Shown here: in pieces, positions 10,787 through 20,082 of the stretch
Layout: the number at the start of each line of letters is the position of its first letter
Position numbering within the stretch: position 1 is the first letter of the stretch
Origin: an uncultured Gemmatimonadales bacterium
GTDB taxonomy: Bacteria > Gemmatimonadota > Gemmatimonadetes > Gemmatimonadales > GWC2-71-9
Reading direction: 5' to 3'
Length of the DNA: 64,000 bases
NCBI GenBank assembly: GCA_963821525.1
Contig: CAWGED010000008.1
Span: forward strand, 64,001 to 128,000
Made by a program: the position numbers and the translations under genes
The notes under the pieces: model-generated
Told to the model about the DNA's origin: nothing
What the model saw: only the letters and a program-made list of their open reading frames with translations
Databases searched by the model: none

Positions 10787-11350
10787 CTACCAGATCTCCA
10801 CGACCCACCCGTAGTCCTCAACCTGCTGCTTTTCCGGGCGCTGGCCGCCGGCAGGGAGCACAAGCTCGATGCTATGAGTGGCTGTCACGTAGAGCTTCCG
10901 CAACGCCTCCCCAAAATCCTGAGGGCAATCCCCGCTCAATGAGGCCACTGTGGTCGAGTCGGGGGACCACCGTAGCTCCACCAGGTTTCCGTCCCTCCTG
11001 TCAGACGGGCCCAGCACGGTTCCTTCAGCCATCACCGTACCGGATCCGGTAAGTGTGGCCGAGCAGGCGTCGGCAACCGAGCCGTGCGCGCCACAAAACC
11101 GAATGATGGTCTGGCGGTTAAGCTCGCCACGGTAGCGTCCGGAGCTCACCCAGTGCAGGCTGCCGCTCAGGGCCTCCTCCCCGCCGTTGACACACTCAGG
11201 TGAAAGGCGCAGTTCGGGCCAGGCACTCGTCAGCCGCAGATGATAGAGCGTCTCGACCGGCGCATCGGCCCGGGCGAGAAGTGCTCCCTGAGCTGGTAGG
11301 GGAGAAGTGACGATAGCGGAAGCGAGCAGGAACAGCAGACGGACACGCAT
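10787..11350 (-). CDS. Hypothetical exported protein (187 aa, 4 Cys)
   Basis: ATG 11350 preceded by GGAG; signal peptide MRVRLLFLLASAIVTSPLPA. Confidence 0.75.
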   Translation of the reverse strand: MRVRLLFLLASAIVTSPLPAQGALLARADAPVETLYHLRLTSAWPELRLSPECVNGGEEALSGSLHWVSSGRYRGELNRQTIIRFCGAHGSVADACSATLTGSGTVMAEGTVLGPSDRRDGNLVELRWSPDSTTVASLSGDCPQDFGEALRKLYVTATHSIELVLPAGGQRPEKQQVEDYGWVVEIW

Positions 11351-11380
11351 ACGATCTCCAGTGATGACGCCAACTGGTAA

Positions 11381-11397
11381 GTCAGATCCCGTGCCCG
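11381..11397 (-). promoter_or_regulatory. Candidate sigma54 -24/-12 promoter
   Basis: Minus strand GGGCACGGGATCTGAC versus consensus TGGCACGNNNNTTGC: good -24 element, but -12 is GA rather than GC. About 30 nt upstream of ATG 11350. Confidence 0.45.
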
Positions 11398-11498
11398 GGG
11401 CGACAGGTCCCATTCGCCGCAGCATTCAAGTAGAGATGGATCAGGGGTTTGAGAGGCCAGACCGAAGATCTGGCCATTGCCGCCAGACATCAGGGAAG

Positions 11499-11545
11499 CC
11501 GACAATTATGTCGGGTCTACGCCGGTGAGGCGACAATTTCGTCAG
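11499..11545. promoter_or_regulatory. Tandem palindromic sites, candidate enhancer (UAS) for the adjacent sigma54 activator
   Basis: CCGACA-attA-TGTCGG (11499-11514, perfect 6-bp inverted repeat) and GCGACA-attt-CGTCAG (11530-11545), 31 bp apart, 100-150 bp upstream of the candidate sigma54 promoter. Confidence 0.55.
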
Positions 11546-13098
11546 GTGGGGGGAACCGAGGCGATGCCCAGCCGGCGCATCTTGTAGCGGAGAATCCGGT
11601 CGGTGGTCTGGAGCAGCCTGGCCGCCTGGGCCTGATTCCCCCGGGCGGTCTTTAGTGCGTCCTGAATAAGATCGCGCTCCAGCGCCGCCACCGCACCCGC
11701 CAGCGTGCCGTCCGCCGCGGTGCCGGAAGCCTCGGCAGTCTGAAGGGTCGGCGGAAGGTGTCGCCCGTGAATGGCCTGCGCGTCGCACACCACCACGGCC
11801 CGCTCGATGATGTTCTCCAGCTCCCGAACATTGCCGGGCCAATGGTAGCCCATGAGCATGTCGATGGCCGCGGTGGTGATCCGCCGGACCGACTTATGGT
11901 GCAGACGGGCGAACTTGGTCACGAAGTGGTCCGCCAGCAGCAGGATGTCCGGTTTCCGTTCCCGCAGCGGCGGTATGAAGATCGGAAAGACGTTCAGCCG
12001 GTAATAGAGGTCCTCCCGAAACACCCGATCGGCAATCGCCTTCTCCAGATCACGATTGGTCGCGGTGACTACCCGCACGTCCACCGCCAACGTGGTCGTG
12101 CCGCCGAGTCGCTCGAACTCCCGCTCCTGCAGGACCCGGAGCAGCTTGACCTGAGTCGACGGTGGCAGCTCTCCGATCTCGTCCAGGAACAGGGTTCCTC
12201 CATGGGCCAGCTCAAAGCGACCCTTTCTTCGGCTCAACGCGCCGGTAAACGCCCCCCGTTCGTGCCCGAAAAGCTCCGATTCAATCAGCGTCTCTGGTAG
12301 CGCGGCGCAGTTGACCTTGATGAAGGGCCCACTCGCCCGTGAGGAGTTGTAGTGAATCGCGTGGGCGATCAGCTCCTTACCAGTGCCCGATTCACCTCGC
12401 AGGAGTACCGTTGTGGTCGCCGGGGCAACCAGGGTGATCTGCGCGCACACGTCACGCATCTCGGCACTGGTCCCGATCAGTCCCGAGAAATCGTAGCGTT
12501 CCTTCAGCTCCTGACGGAGGTGGAGATTCTCCTCACGAAGCGCGACCCGCTCCTGGTCGGCCGGTCTCGTCGTTTTGAGCGCCAGGGCGATGAGCGAGCT
12601 CACTACGTGGAGATACTTGAGCACCCGGTCCAGGTCCCGCCCCGACGCGGAGGGAACGTCCACCGAAAGCGCGCCCACTGGCCGGTGATCGAGCAGAATG
12701 GGGACGCAGATGAACGCGGTGGCCGGATCGTTCTGCCGTCGCGCCGCCCGGTGCAGGAACCGCGGCTCCCGGTTCACGTCGGGCACCACGATCGCCTTCC
12801 CGCTGGCGGCGACCCGCCCCGTGATTCCCTCTCCCAACCGATAGCGGGTCTGCTGACCGGTCGCGTCGAGGCCGAAGGAGGCTTCGATGTACAACTCGTC
12901 GGAGCCTTCGTCGACCAGGGTGACCGAACTGCGGGGAACCCCATGGTAGTGCGCCAGAATCCGCAGCCCGGCGGACAATGCTTCACCCAGGCTGCGGGAG
13001 CCCGACAAGGCCTGGCTGACGTCGAACAACGTCGCCAGCTCCAGCCCTTCGCTTGGAGGTGAACTTTGCCTTTCCGGAATTGTCGGCGACAGAACCAT
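11542..13098 (-). CDS. NifA-like sigma54-dependent activator (GAF-AAA+-Fis HTH)
   Basis: N-terminal GAF (GEGITGRVA); [41 protein letters not shown]-terminal [10 protein letters not shown]. No nif genes in the window. Confidence 0.95.
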   Translation of the reverse strand: MVLSPTIPERQSSPPSEGLELATLFDVSQALSGSRSLGEALSAGLRILAHYHGVPRSSVTLVDEGSDELYIEASFGLDATGQQTRYRLGEGITGRVAASGKAIVVPDVNREPRFLHRAARRQNDPATAFICVPILLDHRPVGALSVDVPSASGRDLDRVLKYLHVVSSLIALALKTTRPADQERVALREENLHLRQELKERYDFSGLIGTSAEMRDVCAQITLVAPATTTVLLRGESGTGKELIAHAIHYNSSRASGPFIKVNCAALPETLIESELFGHERGAFTGALSRRKGRFELAHGGTLFLDEIGELPPSTQVKLLRVLQEREFERLGGTTTLAVDVRVVTATNRDLEKAIADRVFREDLYYRLNVFPIFIPPLRERKPDILLLADHFVTKFARLHHKSVRRITTAAIDMLMGYHWPGNVRELENIIERAVVVCDAQAIHGRHLPPTLQTAEASGTAADGTLAGAVAALERDLIQDALKTARGNQAQAARLLQTTDRILRYKMRRLGIASVPPT

Positions 13099-13115
13099 TT
13101 GTAATGCTCCCCAGC

Positions 13116-13150
13116 AAAAGAAACGGCCCGCTCATTGGGAGCGGGCCGTC
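13116..13150 (-). terminator. Intrinsic terminator / attenuator 3:4 hairpin
   Basis: Minus strand ACGGCCCGCTC-ccaat-GAGCGGGCCGT-TTCTTTT (11-bp perfect stem plus U tract), ending a few nt before the GGGGAG RBS of the activator. Confidence 0.9.
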
Positions 13151-13171
13151 GGATTTCGGATCACGACAGAC

Positions 13172-13240
13172 TCACCCGCCCGTGTTAATCACGTGCGCGT
13201 TGTGATTGGAATTGGTCCGGCAGGTGAGTGAAATCGTCAT
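13172..13240 (-). CDS. Putative attenuator leader peptide MTISLTCRTNSNHNAHVINTGG (22 aa)
   Basis: ATG 13240 to TGA 13172. Lies 7 nt after a TTGACG-N16-TACCTT promoter. Contains both arms of an anti-antiterminator and precedes the terminator. Confidence 0.7.
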   Translation of the reverse strand: MTISLTCRTNSNHNAHVINTGG

Positions 13241-13247
13241 GCAACGC

Positions 13248-13275
13248 AAGGTAACCGGCTCCTCAAGGACGTCAA
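13248..13275 (-). promoter_or_regulatory. Sigma70-type promoter for the leader peptide (leaderless start)
   Basis: TTGACG-N16-TACCTT-N7-ATG. The same TACCTT-N7-start geometry precedes the ECF gene at 46739. Confidence 0.65.
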
Positions 13276-13300
13276 ATCACAAGGGCGTAACAGAGACGGA

Positions 13301-14281
13301 TCAGTCGCTTGCCGTTGCCCGTGGCGCGACACCGCTCCCGGCGGTCACCGCCTTGGCCGACGCACGAGCTCGGCTCGCCACGAGTTCCTTGCCGGTAATG
13401 ATCAGAATGACCGCGGCCACAATGACCATCGAGGCCACCAGCGTACGACCGTTCAATTGTTCTCCTGCGATAGCCCAGCCGAGGAACACTGCCACGACCG
13501 GATTGACGTAGCCGGCGGTGGACACCTTGGAAGGCGTCGTGATTCGCAGTAGCCAGGCAAAAGCGGTGAAGGCCACCAGCGACCCGAACAGGGTCAGATA
13601 GCCGAAGGCGATCCATGACTTGGCGGTTATGGCACTCAGGTTGAGCTGCGCCCAGTCTCCGTTAACGACGCTCGCAAGGAACAGCCAGGCTCCCCCGGCC
13701 AGCATCTGGATGCCAGATGCGAGTGCCACACTCTCCGGCAGCTTCGCGTCGCGGCTCAGCACCGAGCCGCTGGCCCAGGTGAGAGTCGAAAACAAGAGAA
13801 GCCCGATGGCCGCCGCATTCACTGGCCCCGAAGCCTGCCCGGGCAGCACCAGCAGGGCGACGCCGCCGAATCCCAGTGCGATGCCGGCCAACACGACAGG
13901 GCTGGGCCTCGTGCCACCCGGACGGAGCCATTCGAGAAGTGCCGTCCACACCGACACCATCGCCACGATGAGGGCTGCCAGCCCCGAGGGCATTCCCTTG
14001 TCCTCGACCCAGGCGACAGCACCGTTTCCGACCAGGAAGAACAACGCTCCGAGCAAGACTGCCCATTTCCAGTGAGTGGCGGTCGGCCGCGGGCTCCCTG
14101 TGAGGCGGGCATAGATGTAGAGCGCTGCACCCGCCAGGACGAACCGGGAGCCGGCCATGATGAACGGCGGCATGCTCTGGATCGCCAGGGCGATACCGAG
14201 GTAGGTCGAGCCCCAGATCAGGTAGATGGCCGCGAAGGCCGCGATCATCTGCCAGCGCGGAGCCGAGGCGTGGTCGGTCAC
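13301..14281 (-). CDS. EamA/DMT family transporter (YedA-like)
   Basis: AFAAIYLIWGSTYLGI, YLTLFGSLVAFTAF, YVNPVVAVFLG; about 10 TM segments. GTG 14281 overlaps the Lrp stop (GTGA). Confidence 0.93.
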   Translation of the reverse strand: MTDHASAPRWQMIAAFAAIYLIWGSTYLGIALAIQSMPPFIMAGSRFVLAGAALYIYARLTGSPRPTATHWKWAVLLGALFFLVGNGAVAWVEDKGMPSGLAALIVAMVSVWTALLEWLRPGGTRPSPVVLAGIALGFGGVALLVLPGQASGPVNAAAIGLLLFSTLTWASGSVLSRDAKLPESVALASGIQMLAGGAWLFLASVVNGDWAQLNLSAITAKSWIAFGYLTLFGSLVAFTAFAWLLRITTPSKVSTAGYVNPVVAVFLGWAIAGEQLNGRTLVASMVIVAAVILIITGKELVASRARASAKAVTAGSGVAPRATASD

Positions 14282-14751
14282 GCGCCGGCTCCATTGGTGT
14301 GATTCAGCGGAATTCGCGAGCTGTCCTTCACCGTCGAGAGGACGATGGTCGTCCGGGTGTTGCGAACCGCCTTGAGCCGGCCGAATCGCTCGCGGAGCAA
14401 CTCTCCCAGCGCGTCGGTGTCCGGGACTCGGACCTTCACGAGGTAGCAATCCTCGCCGGCGACGTGGTGCACTTCCTGTACTTCGGGGAACTTGGCGATG
14501 GACTGCCCTACGCTGGCCGAGCCGACTCGCTCCTCGGTTCTGACCAGGATGAAGGCGGTGAGCCCGAAGCCGACGGCGTGGGCATCCAGCCGGGCTTCGT
14601 ACCCGGTGATGACATTGCGCGCTTCGAGCTTCCGGATGCGGTCCAGGATGGCGGAGGGGGCCATGTCCAGCTCCCGGGCGATGTCCGCGTTGGAGATACG
14701 GGCGTTGCCCTGGAGCAGGTCGAGAATGCGGATATCAGTCGTGTCGAGCAT
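14278..14751 (-). CDS. Lrp/AsnC family transcriptional regulator
   Basis: MLDTTDIRILDLLQGNARISNADIAREL...RIRKLEARNVITGY...PEVQEVHHVAGEDCYLVKV. Confidence 0.95.
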   Translation of the reverse strand: MLDTTDIRILDLLQGNARISNADIARELDMAPSAILDRIRKLEARNVITGYEARLDAHAVGFGLTAFILVRTEERVGSASVGQSIAKFPEVQEVHHVAGEDCYLVKVRVPDTDALGELLRERFGRLKAVRNTRTTIVLSTVKDSSRIPLNHTNGAGA

Positions 14752-14898
14752 GGTCTTGGACTCCCATCCAAATCCAACATAATTCTTCCAATCATACCGG
14801 TCAATAACGAATCGTCGGTGAAATGGCATGTTTTCCGAATATTATTCGTCCCAACCCGCAACTGGCACCTCTCCTTCCCTTCGCCCTCCGGCCACCCC

Positions 14899-14976
14899 GT
14901 CCCAACTTCCCAAGGTCTCACGCCCAGGTCCCACGTCCGACACCCCACTTCCCACTTCCCATTTCCCACCCCACCT
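14899..14976. repeat. Intergenic heptamer array (TCCCACT/TCCCATT-like), single arm
   Basis: tcccacg tccgaca ccccact tcccact tcccatt tcccacc upstream of the permease. Confidence 0.75.
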
Positions 14977-14983
14977 TGGCCCC

Positions 14984-16339
14984 GTGACTTCTCCCACCGG
15001 CTACCGCCGTTCCCTCGGCCTCTTCTCCGGCACCATGGCCGTGGTCGGCGGCATCATCGGCTCCGGCATCTTCATGAACTCCGCGATCGTGGCCCAGCGG
15101 GTGGGCACCGCCGACGTTGACGTTGGCGGTCTGGATCCTGGGCGGGGTCGATCGCCCTGATCGGTGCGTTCTGCTTCGGCGAGCTGGCTCAGCGGAATCC
15201 CCAGGCCGGAGGGCGGCTACGTCTATCTCCGCGATGCCTTCGGTCCGCTGCCGGCGTTCCTCTATGCCTGGAGTCTTCTGCTGGTCATGGCGACCGGTGC
15301 CGATCGCCGCCGTCGCGGTCACCTTCGCCAACTACTGCTCCGCGCTCCTCGGCCTTGGCAATAACATGGTGATGCCGATCGCGGCCGGGCGCGATCGCGC
15401 TGCTGTCGGCGGTCAACTATGTCGGTGTCGAGCCGGGGGCGATCACTAACAATCTTTTCTCCATCCTCAAGCTCACCGCCCTCGCGAGGTACTGATCGTC
15501 GCGGGGTTGATCGGCGACGCCGGCAGCAGTGTCACCTCCGCCGGTCAACCCTTCCGGCCCGATCTTTCGGCGCTCGCGGCCACCGCGCTGGTTCCGGTGC
15601 TGTTCGCATATGGAGGCTGGCAGCAGACCAACTTCATCGCCGAAGAGATCGTTGAACCGGAGAAGAATCTTCCTCGCGCACTCGTGCTCGGGGTGATCGT
15701 CGTGGTCGTCGTGTACGTGCTCGCCAACCTGACCTACATGCGCGCCCTCGGGGTGACGGAGGATTGGCCGCGAGCACGGCTCCCGCAGCGGACGCGATGC
15801 GGGTCGCGGTGGGGCCCGTCGGCTCGACGTTCATCTCGGCCGGAATCGCGGCCTCCACCTTCGGATTCCTGAACCTGGTGATTCTGGTATCACCCCGGGT
15901 CTACCGTACGATGGCAGCCGACGGGCTCTTCTTCCCGCAGCTGGCGACTCTCCACCCGAAATTCCGCACGCCGACTACGGCGATCGTAGTGCAGGGCCTT
16001 TGGGCGATCCTGCTGCTTTTCTCGGGGTCCTACGGACAGCTTCTCGACTACGTGGTGTTCTGCGATTGGATCTTCTTCGGCGGTGCGGTCGCCGCCCTCT
16101 TCGTCTATCGCCGCCGAGACCGGGAGGCGGGTCGGGAACCCGCCCCGGCAGGCAGTTTTCGGGTCCCTGGGTATCCTCTGACGCCTTTGCTCTTCGTGGC
16201 CGCGGCGGTCTACGTAGTGGCGGGCTCGATCTCGTCGAATCCAGGGAACGCGCTTCGCGGCTCGGTAATTCTGGCCGCTGGCGTGCCGGTGTTCTGGTTC
16301 TGGAGCAGAAAGGGAAAAGGACTGAGAAAGAGCAATTGA
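14984..16339 (+). CDS. APC-family amino acid permease, broken by about 6 or more indels (errors or pseudogene)
   Basis: Fragments in alternating frames: RRSLGLFSGTMAVVGGIIGSGIF; LIGAFCFGEL; EGGYVYLRDAFGPLPAFLYAW; VLFAYGGWQQTNFIAEEIVEPEKNLPRAL; PRVYRTMAADGLFF..LHPKFRTP; FRVPGYP. Confidence 0.85.
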
Positions 16340-16396
16340 GTAATTGAAAATTGAACAGCCTGCGGCTGACGGCTGACGGCTAATAGCTAACAGCTA
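16333..16396. repeat. Heptamer arrays (AATTGAR; GCTGACG/GCTAACA) between convergent genes
   Basis: caattga gtaattga aaattga ... gctgacg gctgacg gctaata gctaaca gcta. Confidence 0.75.
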
Positions 16397-17245
16397 CTCG
16401 ACGATCGCCCCCACCATCTCTCCCGCCCCACTCCACCGTTCTTCCCGCTTCTTGGCCAGGGCGCGAGTGATCATGTGAACCAGATCCTCCGGCGCGTCTT
16501 CCCGAAAGATCTTCAGATCGGGAATCGGGTCCAGTCGGTGCATTTGGAGCACCACGTTTTCGTTCTTGTGTATGTAAGGCGGGCGTGAGGCCAGGCATTC
16601 GAAGAGCAGGCAGCCCATGGCATAGAGATCGGTGCGGTGATCGATGTCGTCCACCGCGGAAATCTGTTCGGGACTCATGTAGGCCGAAGTGCCCACCGCG
16701 ATCCCCGAGCGAGTGACCCGATCGGAGCTCGAGAGCTGCACGGCCCGGGCGATGCCGAAATCCACCAGGACTGCCCCGTCAGGACCAAGCACGATGTTAT
16801 CCGGCTTCACGTCGCGGTGGACGATGCCCGCCTTGTGCGCGTGGCCGAGTGCGCCCAACAGCTCACGGGCGAGCCGGCGGGTGGCCTGAGGATCGAGCAG
16901 ACGGTCTCGGGCCAGCAATTGCTTCAGTGTTGGCCCCTCGATGTACGGCATGACGTAATACACCAGCCAGTCCCGGTCGCCCGAATCAAGCAATCTGCCG
17001 ATGTGGGGATGGTCGAGCTGCCGCACCAGCGCGATCTCCCGGAGAAACCGGTCCGCCGCGACGCTGACCAGAAGCTCGGGGTGCAGAACCTTCAGGGCGA
17101 CCGGGTGTCCCGAAGGATCGGTCGCGTAGAAGACGCGCGCCGCGCCGCCGCGGCCGATCTCCCGATCGACCTCGTAGGTGCCCTCGAGGGCCTTGCGCAC
17201 CAGCGCCAGAATTTCGCGCGGAATTGGGCTCCCTCTCCCTTTCAC
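16394..17245 (-). CDS. Hanks-type Ser/Thr protein kinase (kinase domain only)
   Basis: IGRGGAARV, VALKVL, HRDVKPDN, DFG, GTSAYMSPEQ, DLYAMG. Confidence 0.95.
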   Translation of the reverse strand: MKGRGSPIPREILALVRKALEGTYEVDREIGRGGAARVFYATDPSGHPVALKVLHPELLVSVAADRFLREIALVRQLDHPHIGRLLDSGDRDWLVYYVMPYIEGPTLKQLLARDRLLDPQATRRLARELLGALGHAHKAGIVHRDVKPDNIVLGPDGAVLVDFGIARAVQLSSSDRVTRSGIAVGTSAYMSPEQISAVDDIDHRTDLYAMGCLLFECLASRPPYIHKNENVVLQMHRLDPIPDLKIFREDAPEDLVHMITRALAKKREERWSGAGEMVGAIVE

Positions 17246-17340
17246 CGGGTGACGTGATTACGTGATTGAATATGGGAGCCGACGGGTGCGCCTGAAAGAG
17301 TCGTTATGCGGGGAGACGGTCGTGAAGAGTACCGGCAGGT

Positions 17341-19980
17341 TCAGCCTATCCCCAGCCAGTAGGTAATCTTCAGGGCGAGGAAGTTGTCCCCCTCCGTGCC
17401 GAAGGAATCCCACATGTCGTCGAGGGTGACCCGGTGGCTGGATGTCACCTCCGAACCGCGGTTCTGCTGCCAGACCAGAAACAGTGTGCTCCCCGGTCGC
17501 CACTCCCAGCGCAACACCAGATTGCTCCGGAAGCTGAGCACGTTGAAGTCGGGATCACTCAGGGTCAGGGAGTCGGTTCCGCCGTTGTCGGTGATCACGA
17601 TCGAATCGGGAGCGAATCGTTCGATTGTGGTCCCGTCGGTGCCATAGCGCCGGAGCGTGGTGCTCTGTGGTTCCGGCAGTTCGCCGAGTCTGGTGTAGGC
17701 GCCACTCGATGCGAATGGCTCCAGGTACCCTTCGATGCTCAGGTTGGGCGTGATGATGTAGTTGAGGCGCAGCTGGGCCGAGATTGTCGTCTGATCCAGC
17801 GCGGCGAAGATGTAGCGCTGGCCGAAGGTGGCCGTGGAACCGCCCGGTTGGGTGTCGAGGTATTGCCGCTCATCCCTGGTGCGTTCGTAGCGCGGGTCGA
17901 GTGACAGGAACCACTGGGGCGCGGGACGCAGCGAGACGCCGCCGCCGATCTCCAGATGGTTCCCGTCAAATTCGTCGCCCTGCAGGTTCCCGTTCAGCCG
18001 CCACTGAAAATTCCCCGCCTCCCCGCTGAAGAACTCGAGGTCGGTGCCCCACGCCGTGGGCGAGCCCATGAGCGGGCCACCCCGGGTAAGCTCGTCGCTG
18101 GAGTAGCGGGGCAGCAGGTAGGCGCCGATAAAGGTCTGCTGGAATCGCTTCCAGGTCTGACTGCTGCTGACCGCGAAGCGGGTGAACTGGCGCTCCCCTC
18201 CGTAATTCCAGTTGACGTGTCCGAATACTCCGACATTGTAGCGGTGAAACAGTTTGCCGGGCTGGATCTCGCGGTAGCGGAGACTCCAGTCCACATCGAG
18301 GTCGTCGGCGGCGCTCAGCTGGCCCGCGTCGTTCAGCTCAAACTCCGGTGATTCGGCGCTACCGAAGAGATCGTAGACCCAGTGCTTGCCACCCAGCTTG
18401 CTGAAACCGAGGCCCGCGGTGTAACCGGTCAATGAGGTGCGCGAGGGGTCGAACTTCACGTGTGTCGCATCGGGCCGTTGAAAGTATCGCGCGCTGGCCT
18501 GCTGCACGTCGGCGATCCGGGTCGAATCGCCGGCCACATAGCTGAAGCCGCCGTAGCCCGAGAGCTCGTAGGTCCCGCCCTGAAAGCGCAGGTTCCAGTC
18601 CACCCCGCCGCTATACGCTCGCCGGCTGAGCACTGAATCCAGGATGTCCTCTCCCAGATCCCGCTCGACTCCCGTCAGGGTAACTCCGACGGTCGACGCC
18701 GAAGCTCCGAACTCCTGCTGCACTCGCGCTACGCCGAAGCTCGTGAGAGGCTCCACCCGGCTGTGGCCTTTGACCGTCCCGACCGTGTCGAAGGTATCGG
18801 CGTATTCATTGGCGGTGAACGCGAAAAGGCTTCCGACCGAGAGACCTTTCGCTGTTCGCCCCGTAATCTTCGCCGCGCCGATGATCGTCGTGTTGTCGGG
18901 AGTATTGATGAAGTCGCCTCCGGGATCTCCGTGGGGCGGCGCCCCGATGCGACGAGAGTAGTAGTACCCCGGACCGTTGCCCCTCAGCAGGTTGTTCCCT
19001 TCGGTGAAGAACGGCCGCCGCTCGGGGAAAAAGATCTCGTAGGCGGTCAGGTTGACCACCGCGGGATCGGCGTCCACCTGCCCGAAATCCGGATTGACGG
19101 TGCCATCGAGCGTCAGGTTCGGTCCCAGACCCATCTTGACGTCGGCGCCGGCCCGGCCTACGTAATCACTCCCATCGTTGAAAGGGTCCGCGGGATCGGT
19201 GTTGCTGGTATAGCGCGCATCGCCGGCCACGTAGGGGAGAATCTCCAGACGACGCGAGGGCCGGATTCCTTCGATTCCCACCAGCTGTCCGATACGCGAG
19301 AAGTAGCCGCTTTCCTGCTTGGGGATCATTACCCAGTAGATGTCCTGATTGGACCCCGGCATCCAACGGTTGATGTTGAGTCCCCACACCTGTTCCTGCC
19401 GGCTGTTAAAGCGCAACTGGGAGAACGGAATCCGCATTTCCGCGGTCCAGCCGATTGAGTCGAGGGTAACTCTCGCCTCCCAGACCGGATCGAATCCGTA
19501 GTCGCGATAATCTTCGGCATCCCCCGGATGGTAGTAGTCGCTCCGCACTCCTCCCGAGCTGATGCAGAAGGTGAAACCCGTCCGGTGGTCGTGATAGGTA
19601 TCCAGCGAGATGATCAGTTGCTCGGCGTTACTGAACTGATCGCGCCGGGTAACGGGATGGGGCAACTCGCCGGTCGGGCTGCGCCACATACGCGCGCCGA
19701 CATAGAGCGCGTCGGCGTCATAGAGAAACCCTACCTCGGTTCGTTCCTGGGGGTCACCCCCTTCCACCGGCTCTTTTTGAACGAAGTCGCTGAACCACGG
19801 GGCAGTCTTCCAGACGTCATCGTCCAGCGAGCCGTCCACCGTCGGAGCCTGGGTAGTGAGGCGGCGGGCCTGAGCTTGCTTGGTTGACGCATAGGAGGAA
19901 GTCTGGCTGGCAGCTACCGAGAACCGGGCGCCCATGAGACCGATGAGCAACATGCAGGACGACCAGCGGGATGTTCGCAT
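17341..19980 (-). CDS. DUF5916 / CBM9-like domain exported protein
   Basis: Signal peptide from ATG 19980; APTVDGSLDDDVW, GWTAEMRIPFSQLRF, NPDFGQVDAD, FFPERRPFFTEG; C-terminal LKITYW. Confidence 0.85.
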   Translation of the reverse strand: MRTSRWSSCMLLIGLMGARFSVAASQTSSYASTKQAQARRLTTQAPTVDGSLDDDVWKTAPWFSDFVQKEPVEGGDPQERTEVGFLYDADALYVGARMWRSPTGELPHPVTRRDQFSNAEQLIISLDTYHDHRTGFTFCISSGGVRSDYYHPGDAEDYRDYGFDPVWEARVTLDSIGWTAEMRIPFSQLRFNSRQEQVWGLNINRWMPGSNQDIYWVMIPKQESGYFSRIGQLVGIEGIRPSRRLEILPYVAGDARYTSNTDPADPFNDGSDYVGRAGADVKMGLGPNLTLDGTVNPDFGQVDADPAVVNLTAYEIFFPERRPFFTEGNNLLRGNGPGYYYSRRIGAPPHGDPGGDFINTPDNTTIIGAAKITGRTAKGLSVGSLFAFTANEYADTFDTVGTVKGHSRVEPLTSFGVARVQQEFGASASTVGVTLTGVERDLGEDILDSVLSRRAYSGGVDWNLRFQGGTYELSGYGGFSYVAGDSTRIADVQQASARYFQRPDATHVKFDPSRTSLTGYTAGLGFSKLGGKHWVYDLFGSAESPEFELNDAGQLSAADDLDVDWSLRYREIQPGKLFHRYNVGVFGHVNWNYGGERQFTRFAVSSSQTWKRFQQTFIGAYLLPRYSSDELTRGGPLMGSPTAWGTDLEFFSGEAGNFQWRLNGNLQGDEFDGNHLEIGGGVSLRPAPQWFLSLDPRYERTRDERQYLDTQPGGSTATFGQRYIFAALDQTTISAQLRLNYIITPNLSIEGYLEPFASSGAYTRLGELPEPQSTTLRRYGTDGTTIERFAPDSIVITDNGGTDSLTLSDPDFNVLSFRSNLVLRWEWRPGSTLFLVWQQNRGSEVTSSHRVTLDDMWDSFGTEGDNFLALKITYWLGIG

Positions 19981-20053
19981 CGGGCTCGAGTTGTCGGGTC
20001 TGGAACAAAATGAAGGCGGGCGGCACCCGGAAGATCCGATGCCGCCCGCCAAC

Positions 20054-20082
20054 TAAACGTTTATGAATGCCCCCCGGTTTCA
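20054..20082 (-). promoter_or_regulatory. Candidate ECF promoter of the DUF5916 gene
   Basis: TGAAACC-N16-CGTTTA on the minus strand; AAC/CGT is the classical ECF motif pair. Confidence 0.5.

Noticed and set aside
11542..13098. Calling the activator nifA / nitrogen fixation
   Set aside because: The domain layout is NifA-like, but there are no nif genes in the window and the adjacent palindrome is not a TGT-N10-ACA box.
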